A DNA stretch of 64,000 nucleotides. Origin: the human T2T-CHM13v2.0 reference genome, Homo sapiens. The notes beneath the pieces were generated by a model. It was not told the origin of the DNA. It was given only the letters and a program-made list of their open reading frames with translations, and searched no databases. Below are positions 39,301-52,660 of this stretch, in pieces. Both the position numbers and the translations under genes were made by a program. Every line of letters begins with the position of its first letter. The first letter of the stretch is position 1. The stretch lies in NCBI RefSeq assembly GCF_009914755.1, contig NC_060926.1; one strand, given 5' to 3'.

Positions 39301-39769
39301 GGTGTTGACTTAAATGCAAAAATTCAGATAGATGCTGATGGCTTTCATAAAAATGCTTATGCTCCTCTATCAGGATTCTACACTTAAAAGACATTTTGCT
39401 AAGCAGAATGTGGTCATATCTATAGGGGGTTCTAAATATGTCCTCCAGTTACAATTGTCTTTCGTTTTATTATTGGAAAGGATTTGAAACTATAGTTATC
39501 TATGTACTCTATCTCAACACATGGTCATTCAGTTCTACATGTGGAAAGAATAATCTGTTCAATGAATCATTTACTTCTCAATTTAATTCAATGTGTTTGT
39601 TTGCACTTTTAGTTTTGACTACTACAGCAGTGGTTTAAATTGAGAAGACTAGATATTTGATGATACATGAAGAGGTAATGATATTTTAGCAAAGCTAGAT
39701 CATTCATGTATAGCACACGAGAGAAAAAACTCTTTAAAACACCATGAGGTAAAATAATTTGGGCCACAA

Positions 39770-39890
39770 GAGAGGTACTGTGGGTAGAGGAGAAATCATT
39801 GCTGATCATTACCGAAGCTGGGTGATGAGTGCTGGGGGGTTCATTATACCCTTTTTTTTCCTTTTGTATGTTTGATGATAAAAAATTAAC
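39770..39890 (+). mobile_element. L1MC4/5-like 3' end fragment
   Basis: gaagctgggtgatgagtgctggggggttcattataccc...ttttgtatgtttga. Confidence 0.6.
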
Positions 39891-40034
39891 AATTAATCTG
39901 TTGCTTAGCATTTGCCTCTTTAAGGTTATTAGTAAAAGCACGAATTCTGAGCTAACTGGGGAAAAGTCTTACCTCTTTGAAACATTAAGGGAACTTCTAA
40001 CACAACTTTTATGATTAATAGCTTAGCTTGTGTG

Positions 40035-40660
40035 CCAATTTTTTCAAGTTAATATATAGCATCAATTTGATTTCTCAAAAATTCCAGCAAGATTTCTTTT
40101 TTTCCTGGAGGTAGAAAATTAGACTAGAACGTTTATATGGGAAAGTAAACATTTAAGAAGAGTTTTTAAAAACTCTGAAAAATTAGAGAAATGAGGAAAG
40201 AGAATTAATTAATAGCAAATATTAAAACAGAATATAGAACCTCTATAATATAGCAGTTTGACATTGGTACATTACTAGACAGACAGATCAATAGAAGATT
40301 CTACAAAACAACAAATAGCTTGGTTTCCTCAAAATGTCAGTGTCATGAAGGACAAAACACAAACAAAGAAAAAGTTACCGGGTGTGTTCTGGATTAAAGG
40401 AGATTAAACAGACATGAAAACCAAACACAATGGGTGATGTGTGGTTGGATTCTGAATTTTCAGAAAACACATAAAGGACATCTTGAAGGCAATTGGGCAG
40501 ATTTGAATATGGACTGAATATTATACAATATTATGATGTAAATGTTAAATACATTAGATGTTATGAGGGTATCTTGGTAATGTATAGAATCTTCTTATTC
40601 TGAGGAGTCAATGCTGAAGTATTTAGAAATGAAATGTCACTTTTCTGCAACTTAAAAAAT
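40035..40660 (+). mobile_element. Old L1 (L1ME/L1MC) ORF2 and 3' UTR fragments
   Basis: aaaattccagcaagattt...gacagacagatcaatagaa; aatgtcagtgtcatgaag...gattaaaggagattaaacagacatg...gctgaagtatttagaaatgaaatgtca. Confidence 0.7.
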
Positions 40661-42346
40661 CTAAAATATATGGTTCTATGGCTACAAGAATCTAGGACTG
40701 TTGAAACATTAGTGAGGTTTGGTGTACTTGCAGACTCAGGAACATGGGAAGTCGTGATTGACCTTCAGGCCTCTCACTTGTCCAGGGACATTTAAGCTTC
40801 TGAGAAAGCAACACAGTAGCCAGATGAAATAATAATGGCTCTTGTAGGTAATAGTTCACTTTGATAATAATAAGAAATATATTTCTGCTAAAGACAATGC
40901 AAGGTAGACTGCCGGCCTGCATGAATAAAACCATAGTTGTCTCTCCCAAGGATTGTCTGATGAGTCTGCACTGTGACCCTGAAGGCATTAAGTAGTAAAT
41001 AAAAGACATAGCTATATTATGGATGCCCCTGATGGCATACCTGTTTAATCATCTTACCTGTTTAGAATTGCTCAGAAGAATACTAACCCTGGGAGGTAGG
41101 GAAGCAAGAGCTGACAGTTTATCCTGCTTTGAACATTGCTACGTGCTTCACATCACACATAATGAGGAGAAAAGCATTTTGTACCTTGAGACAAGCCAAA
41201 AATAACATAGGATCATTCTCTTTGGTTCTGGTCCCTACAGTAAATGAAATCTTGAGATTTTAATATAACCTGAACATCTTAGTAAAAACAATTTTATCCC
41301 CAATTTTTGTATGCTAATGTCTGAAGCGATATCATGACCTTTATGAATACGATAATCATGGGAAGTTTTTCCACTATGAACACAGTAATGTACACTTGGC
41401 AACCTTGGAAATATGGTTTTTTTTCTTTCCTTTTAAATGCTCATTATGTTCTTTATTTAGTGAGTCAGTCTTTTTATGTCTGACTCTCTTGCATTTTTGC
41501 AAGTAAACTTTTCCTTTTCTTTTCTATACAATTTTGTCTCTGAGTTTTCCTTTGATGGAGGGAAGGACTGCATCTCCCAGAGGCAGGTTATACTCTATAT
41601 CCCAACAAAATTGATGTCAACAATATATTTGCTACAACAGCAGCCACCACACCAACTGAGAGAGAGGGAGAGTGTCTGCAGCAGAGGACCAAAACCAGAA
41701 AAGCTCCAGACCGAAAGGAACTAGACAGACCATAAGTGTTAACAGCAGAAAGCCTTCAATAATGACTTGATGCTAATAATGGTGTGCAGTGAAGGAGGTG
41801 GGAATAGTGGTAGCCGTATTCTGGAGGGCTCCGGGGCCAGTTTATTCAAGTGATTGTATCAGCCATTAGGAGGTATCTTATTTGTTTACAGGTCACAAAG
41901 ACCAGATACAATGAAAGTAGATATTTTATAAGAGACAGAGGAGCAGAAGAGGAGTCTTTGTAAAGAAGATTCAGGATTTTGAAGGCAGGGCTTCAGCAGT
42001 AATACCAGTTCTTTATGCTAATTCTCGTCTTTAACAGTTCATTAGCAGTGAAAATATATAATAAGTGTGATGCATATGAGTGTGTATGATATGCCCATCA
42101 TTCAGTGAAGTTTATTACCTTGATATTCAAAGGGGAATGAGTTTGCCATGTGCCCTATGAGGACTTGATCTGCCTAGACAAGGAGGTACCTTTTTTGAGT
42201 TTCACAAAGGTGTCACTTGGGTTAAAGGTGACCTTGCAAAATAGTGTCTTAAAAACCAAACTAAATGGGATGAAGTTGAGGTCAGAAAAGCCACGGATGC
42301 AGATATATCCACCAAAAGCTTGTCGCTGGAGTTAGTTGGCTTGTGT

Positions 42347-42770
42347 CATGACCGGCTTCCTGGAAGGGCATTCTGTGCAGTCATACAGTGCCTGTGATCA
42401 GAAGGACCCTGCATTTAGTTTAATGTTCTGCTATCACCATCTTGAAATTCTAATAATTTTATTTTTGATTTTGTGTTTTGTAAGTGAAGCATGGCAATGA
42501 AGTACACACATGGACAGAGGGGATACTTGCAATAGGCATCTTCCTTGAGGCCACATTTGCATATGGCAGACTTGCTGCCCTGTGAGCACAGAATTACAGT
42601 GGACACATGATGTGTGGTAGCTCAGCAAAACTGAAAACTACAAATTAAATGTGGTTACCTCTATGTCTGAGTAAGTGGAGGTGCTCACAGCCTTGAGAGG
42701 CCACATGTGTCATTTGAACCAGAACTTGCTTTTTATTTTGCACTGGCCATGTCTGTTGTGCTGAGTAAAC
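42347..42770 (+). mobile_element. Zaphod/MER91-family hAT-Tip100 internal-deletion element
   Basis: catgaccggcttc...ctgtgcagtcatacag...cagaaggaccc...gaaattctaataatt...gagcacagaatt...gaaccagaacttgct joined to terminal ttttgcactgg. Confidence 0.7.
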
Positions 42771-43644
42771 CAGAAACTGAGATTTCCACACTTCAAGTAC
42801 AATGAATTTGACCCCAAAGCAAGAGGAACTCTGTACCTTCCTCCCAGAGAACTGAGAATTCAGAGGATTTCTGGAAGAAACACATATACCTAGGAGTGAA
42901 CAAATAGTGACCTTGTTTGCAGAATGTAGGCTAGATAAGAATAAACAGATAAAATGAATCCTTGAAGGTATGAAACATAATACACAAGGGGAAAAATACA
43001 CACTAACTTTGGCAATAAGCATTCCTATCTAAACACACACATCCAAACAAAGCAAAAACCAAAAAAGCAAAAAGACCAAAAAAACCCATAGAAAATTGAT
43101 AAGAAACTAATGAACGTGGGCCAAATATGATAGACAATAAATCACTAAAATTTTACAGGTAAAAACACAGTTAAAACTTTTCTTCATAAATAATGTGTTC
43201 ATGAGAAATGGTAATTTGAATTCCAGACAGTATAACTTTTATTGGTCTCTAGAAGCATACTTGTAAATTTCTTTCTTTTTTAAATTAAGAGCTATATAAC
43301 TTGAGGTTGATGAAAATGTACTGTATCAGTGATCTTAAATAAGTTGAACAGGTGAACCATCTCTGAAACAAAACTGTCCAAAATGAGTTACAGCTAACCA
43401 AGACTAATGTCACAGCCATGGGGATGCATGGGTGGAAATGTCTCACTTGTAAACAGAACTTTCCTGTTCCCAAAGAACAAGGGCAGCTGTGAGGGGAAAC
43501 AAGTACTTTCAGACTACTGCTTATGGAGAATAAAGAGCTGCCAACAATTATACAACAGAGAGTCCTACACATTGCAAGCACTGAGGATTGGCAATGTGTT
43601 TACTTTCTTGGCCTGGTGGTCTGGGTTGAGGATTCCTTCAGACC

Positions 43645-44275
43645 AGAATGGTAATATTGTATAGAGCTTATGGGTAAGAAATACCTCAGTTTATTTTATT
43701 TTTAACTTGTATTTTAAGTGTACAGATACAAGTGCAGGTTTGTTATACAAGTAGACTTGTATCATGGTGATTCGTTGTACAGATTATTTCATTACCCAGG
43801 TATTAATCCTAGTACCTAATAGTTTTTTTTCTCATCCTCTCCGTTCTCCCACCCTCCATCCTCCAAAAGACCCAAGTGTGTTTTGTTCCCCTCTGTGTGT
43901 TCACATGTTCTCATCATTTAGCTCCCACTTATAAGTGAGAACATGCAGTATTTAATTTTCTGTTCCTATCTTAGTTTGCTAAGAATAGTGGTCTCCAGCT
44001 CCATCCATGTCCCTGTAAAGGACATGACCTCGTTCTTTTTAATGACTGCAGAGTATTCCACAAAGACCCCAATTTAAATACCAGTTTTACCATTTAACAG
44101 CTATGTGAGTTAGAGCAAGCAGCTTCTCAACAGGATTTGGTTTCTATTTGTATAAAGTGGGAATAAAGAGGACGTATCTTTCTGGGTTGACATGAAGTTT
44201 AAATGAGTTGATAAGCATAAAGAACTTAGCCCCATGCTTGCGTAACATGGAATTAATAATTGCTATTATTGCTAT
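43645..44275 (+). mobile_element. MIR split by an L1PA 3' fragment
   Basis: ttaaataccagttttaccatttaacagctatgtgag...tgtataaagtgggaataa...ttaaatgagttgataagcataaagaacttagc. Confidence 0.7.
43690..44060 (-). mobile_element. 5'-truncated L1PA13-16-like 3' end
   Basis: gtgcaggtttgttatac...tacagattatttcattacccaggtattaa...catttagctcccacttataagtgagaacatgcagtatt; TSD about aaatacctcagttt/aaagaccccaattt. Confidence 0.88.
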
Positions 44276-44641
44276 GTGAACGATCTCAACTAAAATTCAG
44301 AAGCATATTATTGTCGTATGTTCATAATACATATTTGCTATTATTATTGTAATAAGAGTATTACATAGCTGAACAGCATTATAAAATATATGCCACATAG
44401 ATAATAATTATAAAATTGGAAAACATCTTTTACCACATTGTTAAAGGCACTGAGATTACATGTTTAAAAATCCCTTCTTTTGTTCTAGGCAAATGGACTG
44501 AAGGAAAGCATATTGTATGAATCAGTGTGATGCCAGATCACTTTTTACTGATACAAACTGCTGAGAGATGACCCCTCAAATACATGCCAGAATATGAGCA
44601 AGCTTTGGTCAGTAAAAAGGAAAGAAAAAAAAAAGAAGAAA

Positions 44642-44645
<4 letters not shown>

Positions 44646-44676
<31 letters not shown>
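44646..44676. repeat. (GA)~15 microsatellite after an A-rich tract
   Basis: Read directly. Confidence 0.95.
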
Positions 44677-44681
<5 letters not shown>

Positions 44682-46892
44682 TCCACAGATTGCTCAATCC
44701 CCATTGACGCCAAAGTAGACCTCAAGGAACCTGTGGGTTGTTTGAAGGATCTGGGAACCCTTAGCAAGATTGTGGTGATAGAGACTTAGAAAGGGTAGAA
44801 ATTTAATAAAGTAGAAGGGGTAAACCACAGTGGTTTTGAGGTCATCTTTTGTTTATTTTAGTTGCATATGGAATAAATTTGAAAATAAGCATTAAAACTG
44901 TAGAGGTGAGTAAATTTATTAGGAGAGTAAGGGACTAATTTTATCAAAATAAAAATGAAATTTAACCTTTGGTGAGGTTGTTTCCTTCCTTCTATCCTTC
45001 CTTCCTCCCTTCCTTTTGATAGCTAGCAGTCACTATATTGAGTGTTGGTTATAAGTAGAAAATACACAGTCTCAACACTGTAGGAGTTTATGACTTGAAA
45101 GAGAATCCACAGATACAAGCAAGCAAAATCTATAGATATACAGCATAGAGTAGAGACACAAAAGAAAGATTATGGCTTACCCAAGTTGTTGGGGTGATCA
45201 AGGAAGGTTTTAGAGAAAATGATATTCAACTTTAACCCTCCAAATGAGTTATAAATTGTTGTTTATCATATGGAAAAGGGAGGAACTTGTATTTCAGGCA
45301 GGAAAAGCACCATAAGAAAATTAATTGATGGGCATTGCAGCATGCTGCACTTGGGAAATACATATAGTACATGCCCGAGTTTCAGTAGGAAGGGAATTAG
45401 GTTTAAGGGTGCTAAAATCAGCTGTGTCTTCAAGGAGGGCTTCACTTGCCAGGCTAAGGTGTTAAAGAAAAAGAAAATTTAATACCAATAATACAATTTT
45501 CAGAAACATTGGTATTATTTAAAATATATACTACCCATTTATTTGCCGTAAGTTGTAATAAGCAGACATTTCATAAGACATAAGGGAAAGTTGGTACTGT
45601 AAACTGTTCTCTCAGGCATCTAAAATACAGTTACTTATAGAACTTATGTGTGATGATTTGTTATATTATAGAAGGTTAGAGTGGCTATTATAATTATGGG
45701 TTTGACTCCAGTGGCATGGATGATGCAGTTGATACAATTTTCTAGGATTCTGTCACTATTTTTCTATGAACCAGATCATATATATAAATCATTGTGGGCT
45801 TGCTTGACAGAAACTAAAATTGTTACTTAGATTGGTGACCTTCAAATTTTATTTAGTTCATGGTCAACAGACCTATATAATAAATTATTTTGTCTGATTA
45901 CTTAAGGAATATATATTATATTTAATTTGCTCAGACATTTAAAAGGAGTTTATATTGCCTCTAATAAGGCATTTTACAGTAATATTATAGAAATATTTCT
46001 GTGACTGGCATGGTTGATGTGACTGGCATGGCATGGAGTAAAAATGCTTGATAAAAGGTTAGCTTGGCCATTGTATTAAAGAAGTCAATTCCATTTTTGA
46101 TGTTCGACTGTGGACAGTTTTTAGACTCCCATTACTCTTTCTTGCTTGCTCTATATCTGGGTAACCAGGATAAAAAGGCTCACACAGACTTCAGCAGGCC
46201 AGAGGCAATTTTAAATAGTACAGCCTACAGCCCAAATGGGAATTCCTATCCCAGCTCTACTCCCCACCCTCAATGAAAACCCAGGCTACCCCCTACCCTG
46301 CAACCTGAATCTTGGCTTGCCTTCCCATCAGACCCCTGCTTGAGCCTCTCCCCTCCTGGGAATGACCAGCTAATTGTGAGTATTACATTCATATAATTCA
46401 AATACATTTTTTAGTGCACTGTGTCATCTATCTGGACATCCAAATAAATTCCCGGGAGAGAAGGTGGATAGACTGATTAACACAACCATGTTGTAATTAG
46501 TCTTTAGTGGACTCTCAAGATTTTTTTCTACAGTCAAAGGTTCCACTTCCATTAATAATGATAGCCCACAATATAAAGATTCCCAGAGAATAGTGAGAAT
46601 AAGAGAGGTTATTAATGTGAAGAGCTAATACGAGTTGCTGCCCTTCATAGAAGATTCTGCCAAGCCTTTGAAAATTCATCAAGAATTCCTACAGAATAAT
46701 GGTTGATGGTAATGGAAAATTCTCCTGGTATATTCTAAAGGGAACAAAAAAGAAAGGCTAAAAATGTTTTGTCTGTTTTTAAAGAAAATAACATACATAT
46801 GCAAAAATAAGACTAAATAAAAAGTGATCACTTGTGTCTTGTTGAAATGACAGCCGATTTTAAAATTTTCCAAATATTCACTATATTATTTT

Positions 46893-47487
46893 TTAAAGTT
46901 AAAAAAAAAGCTTTATTGAGATGTAATTCACTGTTTAAAAGTGCATGACTCACCTTTATTATATTCAAAGGGTTGTGCAACCATCATTACCATTAATTTT
47001 AGAAACATTTTTGCCATCCACCCCAAAATAAATGCTGTCCCATAACAGTTAATTCTTATTTATTTCCCTACTCCTGCTCCATTCCATTTTGGACACTTCA
47101 AGTGTCCTAAGTAGTTTTGTGTCTGGTTTCTTTCATGTAGCATCATGTTTTCAAGGTCCATCCATGTGGTAGCATGGATAAGTATCTCATTCCTTTTTTA
47201 ATTGATAAATAATATTTCACTGTATGGATAAACTACATCTTATCCATTTATGAGCTGATGAGCATTAAGTTATTCTCACTTTTTGGCTATTATGAATAAT
47301 AATACTATGAACATTAATTTACAAATTTTTTCGTGGACATATGTTTTCATTTTTACTGGGTATATACCTAGGAGTGGAATAAAACCTGCAACCCTCATAT
47401 GTGGTTGGTGGGAATATAAAGTGGTACAATCACTGGATAAAAGAGTTTGGCAGTTCATCAAAACGTTAAGTATACAGTTACCATGTA
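46893..47487 (-). mobile_element. L1MB-like truncated L1 with 5' inversion (46893-47380 minus; 47381-47487 plus)
   Basis: Consecutive ORF2 C-terminal peptides on opposite strands (WWEYKVVQSL...VWQF...QLP on +; IPLLGIYP...KTYVH...MFIVLLFIIAK on -); TSD atattatttt. Confidence 0.87.
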
Positions 47488-47719
47488 ATATTATTTTAAT
47501 AACAAATGCCATTTAAAATGATATAAAAACAAAATATTTTTTATAGTTTGAAAGCTGACTCAAGTAAATTCACATTTTTTAAAACCATTTATCCAACCAT
47601 CTATCTATCCATTCATCTACCTATTTGTCCACCCACTTGGAGGCTATGCTCTGGTGCCCTTTACTTTTTTCTCTAATTTTTATCCTTAGATGGAGTTGGG
47701 CCAACGCACATATGGGATT

Positions 47720-48099
47720 TATTTCCATCTGTTTTGCATTCCTATAAAGGGTTATCTGAGCCTGGGTAACTTATAAAGCAAAGAGGTTTAATTGGCTCAC
47801 GGTTCTGCAAGCTTCTCAAGAAGCATGTGCTCAGCTTCTGGTAAGGCCTCAGGAAGTTTTACTCATGGTGGAAGGCAAGGGGAGCCGGTGTGTCACATGG
47901 CAAGAGAGGGAACAAGAGAGAGAGAGGAGGAGTATGAATTAATAGAACTAGAACTCACTCAATCCTGTGAGAATGGCACCAATCCATCCATGAGGGATCC
48001 TCCCCCATGACCCAACACCTATCACTAGGTCCCAACTTCAATCTTGGGGATGAAATTTCAAAATGATATTTGGAGGGGGCAAATGTCAAAACTATATCA
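47720..48099 (-). mobile_element. MSTB-like MaLR LTR
   Basis: gaggtttaattggctcacggttctgca...ctcatggtggaaggcaagggg...catgagggatcc...aactatatca; TSD GGATT. Confidence 0.88.
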
Positions 48100-48278
48100 G
48101 GATTATATTTACTTGGATTCATGAAGAATTGCCTTCTACATGCATCATTTTTATGTATTATTCTTAGCTGTTATTAACTAATACTAGTACTCTGCCATTT
48201 AAAAAATATTGTTGTATGGTCTGTAGAAATATGAATTGATAACTCATTTACCACATTGCTGATAGTGCTTTTTCTGAG

Positions 48279-48669
48279 TCTATTGATCAGCTTGGGCTGC
48301 CATAACCCAAATACTGCATACTGAGTGGCTTAAACGATGAACACTTATTTACTCACAGTTCTGAGGGTGGACGCCCAAGATCAAGGTGGTGGCAGCGTTG
48401 ATTTCTGGTAAGAACTCCCTCCTTGGTTTGTAGATGTCTGCCTTCTCACTGTGTTTTCACATGGCCTTTTCTCAACATACACACTCCTAGTATCTCTGTA
48501 TCTCTCCCTCTTCTTATTGTGATGCTTGTCCTGTTGAATTAGGGCCTCATTCTTAAGATCTCCTTTAGCTTTTATTAGTTCCTTAAAACCCTTCTCTCTA
48601 AATGTAATCACATTGGAGGTTAGGACTTCCACACAGGAATTTTGAGGAGACACAATTCAGTCCATAATA
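48279..48669 (-). mobile_element. MLT1B-like MaLR LTR
   Basis: cttgggctgccataac...ctcacagttctgaggg...ccaagatcaaggtg...gacacaattcagtccataata; TSD ctgag/ctaag. Confidence 0.85.
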
Positions 48670-50129
48670 CTAAGATACTATGTTATGGCTTTTCTATTGT
48701 AGTGTTGTAATGCAGCTTTGAATACCTAAAGAAAAGATGGTGTAGCTTAGCTGTGCCCTGTGATAATCATAGCCATGCTCCTCTTCTTTGCTCTAGCTGT
48801 GAGTAAATACACAATCTATTTTAAAGGTCAATGATCACAATTATGTGGAACATGCAGGCTGAATACATGGATTTGGTTCTCTGCCACCCCTTTCTCTTCC
48901 ACTTTCTCACCTCAGCAATAACTGTAATAACTACCTACTCCTATTTACCCAGCAGTATGTATTTACTTCCATTTTTATTTTCCCCTACTTTTGATTCTTG
49001 TGTCTTACTTATTTTTACCAACATTTTATTATTCATATTCTGGCTTTTAGATGCCTTAAATGTTCTTAAATAAGGCAAAAATACATGAAAAAAATAAGAT
49101 GAGTAGTCAATACAGTCAGGGAACTTGAATTATTTCAGGGACACAACCTGTCTGTTATATACGTACAAGCTGTGCACCTATACTTGCAATTTTAGCTGAC
49201 TGTTTCCACTCTTTTTTCAGTTTTTCACTTTCCTTTTGAATTCCCCCATTAAGCAGAAAGTTAAAAGGTTTTTGCGGGAATACATTTCCATTCATTATAG
49301 TAAAAACATGTTGGGAGACTTTTATATGCAAGTATCAAAAGAATCACACTAGTACTAACAAGAAGGAATTGCATTATAATGTCATTTTTGCAGTACTAAC
49401 ATACTCTTTTTTCTGAAATAACTAAGAGTAGTTTGGGGGAAAGGACACCACCTAAAGGAATACAGATCCTTCTCATTGTTTTCATACCTTATCCATATTT
49501 ACCACTGCGTCTGACAGATTTCCCGATTCCTAAAGGTGGACTATCAAGCACAGAATTTAAAAGTTTCTTTCTTTCAACTTCATTAAATATCTTGCCAAGA
49601 TATATAGGACAGTCATGGAAAGAGAACACAGATAAAAACTTAGACCTTTCTAATAAAATTAAAAGTTCAATGATATGTACATTCAGGTGTAAACTAATAG
49701 TTACTTAAAGAAAAGACAATGAGGGCAGATGATTTCCAACATATGAATAGGGATATGAGAGACTGAAAATACGAGAAGTGTGAAACTAGTATCTATTTTG
49801 GACGTCGTTGGGTAAATTAAGTCACTTGTGAGTATCTCAAAGAACGTAAGTTACTGAAAGAAATAAGTTTATTGGCTAATTGGTAATCCATTTTATTTGT
49901 ATAAAAATAAAATACACATAACAGTTCATTGAAAACAAATTTTAAAAATTTCGGTAAAAGGGAAATGAGCATTGATACAGAGTGCAATAAAAGAAAACAG
50001 AAACACATGTAACAGTTCTGTCTCAGTCACTAATGAAATTGAGGACATTGCTAGAAGAAAATTGTGGGTTTTAACTACAGATTTTATCAACCACATTAAT
50101 ATATAGTGCTATTACTGGTTAAATATACT

Positions 50130-50280
50130 GTGTTGTGGTGAAAAGTGTGTTCGAATAGGAAGTAGAAATGAAGATTTGAGCCAAGGTCTAACTTTTATTT
50201 GCCCCATAACCTTGGGCATCTCACTTAGTTTCCCAAAGCCCCAGAAATATTTTTTCCTATCTACCTGACCCAATTGTTTA
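50130..50280 (+). mobile_element. MIR fragment
   Basis: tgtggtgaaaagtgtg...ataaccttgggcatctcacttagtttcccaaagcccca. Confidence 0.55.
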
Positions 50281-50694
50281 ACAGTCAATGGACAAAGGAG
50301 GAAAAGAGAAACAAGAAAGCATTATATATTCAAAGGATACTGCTACTATTACATTATGATTTAACATTATTAAACTCTTATTTTTCAAGTGTTTTACAAT
50401 AGACATGCTTAACATATGAAATATTTCTATATTGATTTTAAAGATGCTACATCTGATCTATCTGTAATATGTAAAAAACTGACAGAAAGGAATTTCATTA
50501 GCAGTGTAAGTAAAAGGGCATTTTGAGTGTTTTAAGTGCTATAACCTAGGATTGAGAAAAGCAAAGCCATGCCCTCAATGTGCTAAGACTGCACAATACA
50601 AAGATGAATGGCTCTACAGTCACAAAGACTATATGACAAGACGGCTAGAGAATTTAGCAATTATGATGAAATGATCATAGCAGAGAGGCAAACC

Positions 50695-50870
50695 CTATTC
50701 CTTAGCTACCACTGCCTTATATTTAGAAGGACAATTTCACAGAACATTTTATAACATGATCTGGAAAATTATGGCCAGTGAGCTATTCCTTAGTTATCAC
50801 TGCCTTATATTTAGAAGAATCGTTTCATAGAACATTCTATAAGATAATTTGGAAAACTATGGCCAGTGAG
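50695..50870. repeat. 88-bp tandem duplication (2 copies, ~86% identical)
   Basis: Units 50695-50782 and 50783-50870, both ctattccttag...tatggccagtgag. Confidence 0.93.
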
Positions 50871-51053
50871 CCAAATCGGGCATGCTGCCTGTTGCTGTAA
50901 ATAAAGTCTTATTGGGACATAGTCAGGTTCATTTCATTATGTATTTCTATGATTGCTTTCACCCTACATCAGCAGAGTTGAGTAGTTACAGAAGAAACTA
51001 TATGGCCCCAAATATTTACTATCTGTTTCTTTACAAAAAGTTTGATGACCCTG
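50843..51053 (+). mobile_element. MER58A hAT-Charlie MITE
   Basis: aaactatggccagtgagccaaatc...gtaaataaagtcttattgg...gcagagttgagtagtt...aaatatttactatctg...gaccctg; TSD ttctataa/ttcttgac. Confidence 0.85.
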
Positions 51054-51699
51054 TTCTTGACCATTGTCTTCTTGATGTAATTAGAGATCTCCCAGAAGTT
51101 GAGAAGGAAATCTGATTGAACCATTAAACCTACACATGTAGTCATAGCCCTGAGTGCTGACAAATGGAGCAATGCCAAATTATTTATTTCAATTGCTTGT
51201 GTAACATAGTACTTCTCAAATGTTAATATGAAGATCAATGATGAAGACTAAAAGTAAACATGAAATTTTCCTTAAGGAGGAGGTCACTGCCTACTCTGCT
51301 TCCACTTTTTAGAGTGTCTCCTTGAGAACACAATAGACCTGATTAAAAGGCTTCATCTTTTGATTTTACAATGCAAGTTTGTGAGCCTTCCGACTCTTGA
51401 AACTGTGAACACTTACCTCCAGAACTAGCTTAGGGGCTTACAACAGGCATAGATGAGACAGTCTTATCTCTCAAAGAAGTAAGATAAGTTTTAATTGTTT
51501 GCATCTAGACTCTGAATAGACTTGTGTGAAATTCTGTCCAGGCTTTGTAGTTACTTTCCCATTACCTTACATGCACAGGACTCTGATAATGTTTACCCAA
51601 TATTCATGTTGTATTATCTGTCTGTCTCCTCTTCTACATTAGTATGGAGCGGTCTTTTGATAGTAGAACTTTTATTTTTCTCACAGAAGGAATCTAACT

Positions 51700-51798
51700 A
51701 AAATGCAGATTCTTCCTTGCAACAGTGTGGCTCCCAAGATTCTGCGCCAAGGTGACAACTGATACTGATGTTCCACGACCACACCTTTGAGTTACTAA
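51700..51798. mobile_element. MER5-like hAT fragment
   Basis: aaatgcagattc...cccaagattctgc...ggtgacaactgatactg...gaccacacctttgagt. Confidence 0.5.
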
Positions 51799-52499
51799 AT
51801 GCAAATAGAAAAAAATATATATTTTAGATTGCTAAAATTAAATGAAATTTACCTTTTGAAACCCTCATTTCCATTCATGGTCACTTGCAATTTAAAATGT
51901 ACTCTCCTTTGGGTAATGACTGAGTCAAATGCGTAGCTCTCCTTCTCTTTCTCTTTCCTGGGGTGGTTTCAGTCGTGAGGTGATAGGGGAAACGTCCACG
52001 TGGCTCAGGTCTCATTTGTGTGCCTTTTCTCTGTGTCCTGATGGCATCTGCTTTGCTTTCCCCATGTTCTCATCAGCGTGGGCTTCTGTCTCTGAGTCTG
52101 TGACCTTCACAGCATGGTCAGTTGCTAGGACCATCTCATCTAAATCCTTCTTGTCTCAGGCTCAGAACCTTTGTTTCATCTGACTTTCCTCAGGACTTCT
52201 GAACCTCATGAAATCCATAGCTGTTTACCCTCCATGATCCTAATGTCTCTTAACTTTAGCAAGCTTCTCTTGGAACTAACAAACTTGTCCTGCCTGGCTA
52301 GAGCTTCATGACTTCTTCAAAATCCTCATAGTTTCCTAGACTATGATGAGGATGAATGGGGGCTGTAAGGGAAAACTCTGCTGCCCCCAAGTCCTTCTAA
52401 GCCTATCTTTGGTTTTATCTTCTACAGTTTCTACTGCCCCTCCCCTGAGACTCACTTAGGATACAGTCATGACTTGTAGTCCTGTCAGAGAAATTCACG

Positions 52500-52660
52500 C
52501 ACCCTTAAGGTCTCTGTCTTTATTTAAAATTTGGATACTTCATTTGTCGTGGATTTTTTTGAAACATTGCATTAAAATATTACTTATCTTGATTACTGAA
52601 TTTTTTGGTACCCCTTAAATGTAGCACCCAAGACAAGTGCCTTTCTTGCCTACTGCCAGC
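52500..52660 (-). mobile_element. MER96B-like hAT fossil
   Basis: ctgtctttatttaaaattt...attgcattaaaatattacttatcttgattactga...ccccttaaat...aagtgcct. Confidence 0.55.

Noticed and set aside
51990-52003. 14-bp identity aaacgtccacgtgg with MER50 position 11047-11060
   Set aside because: Homology does not clearly extend, and isolated 14-mer matches are expected by chance in a 64-kb self-comparison.
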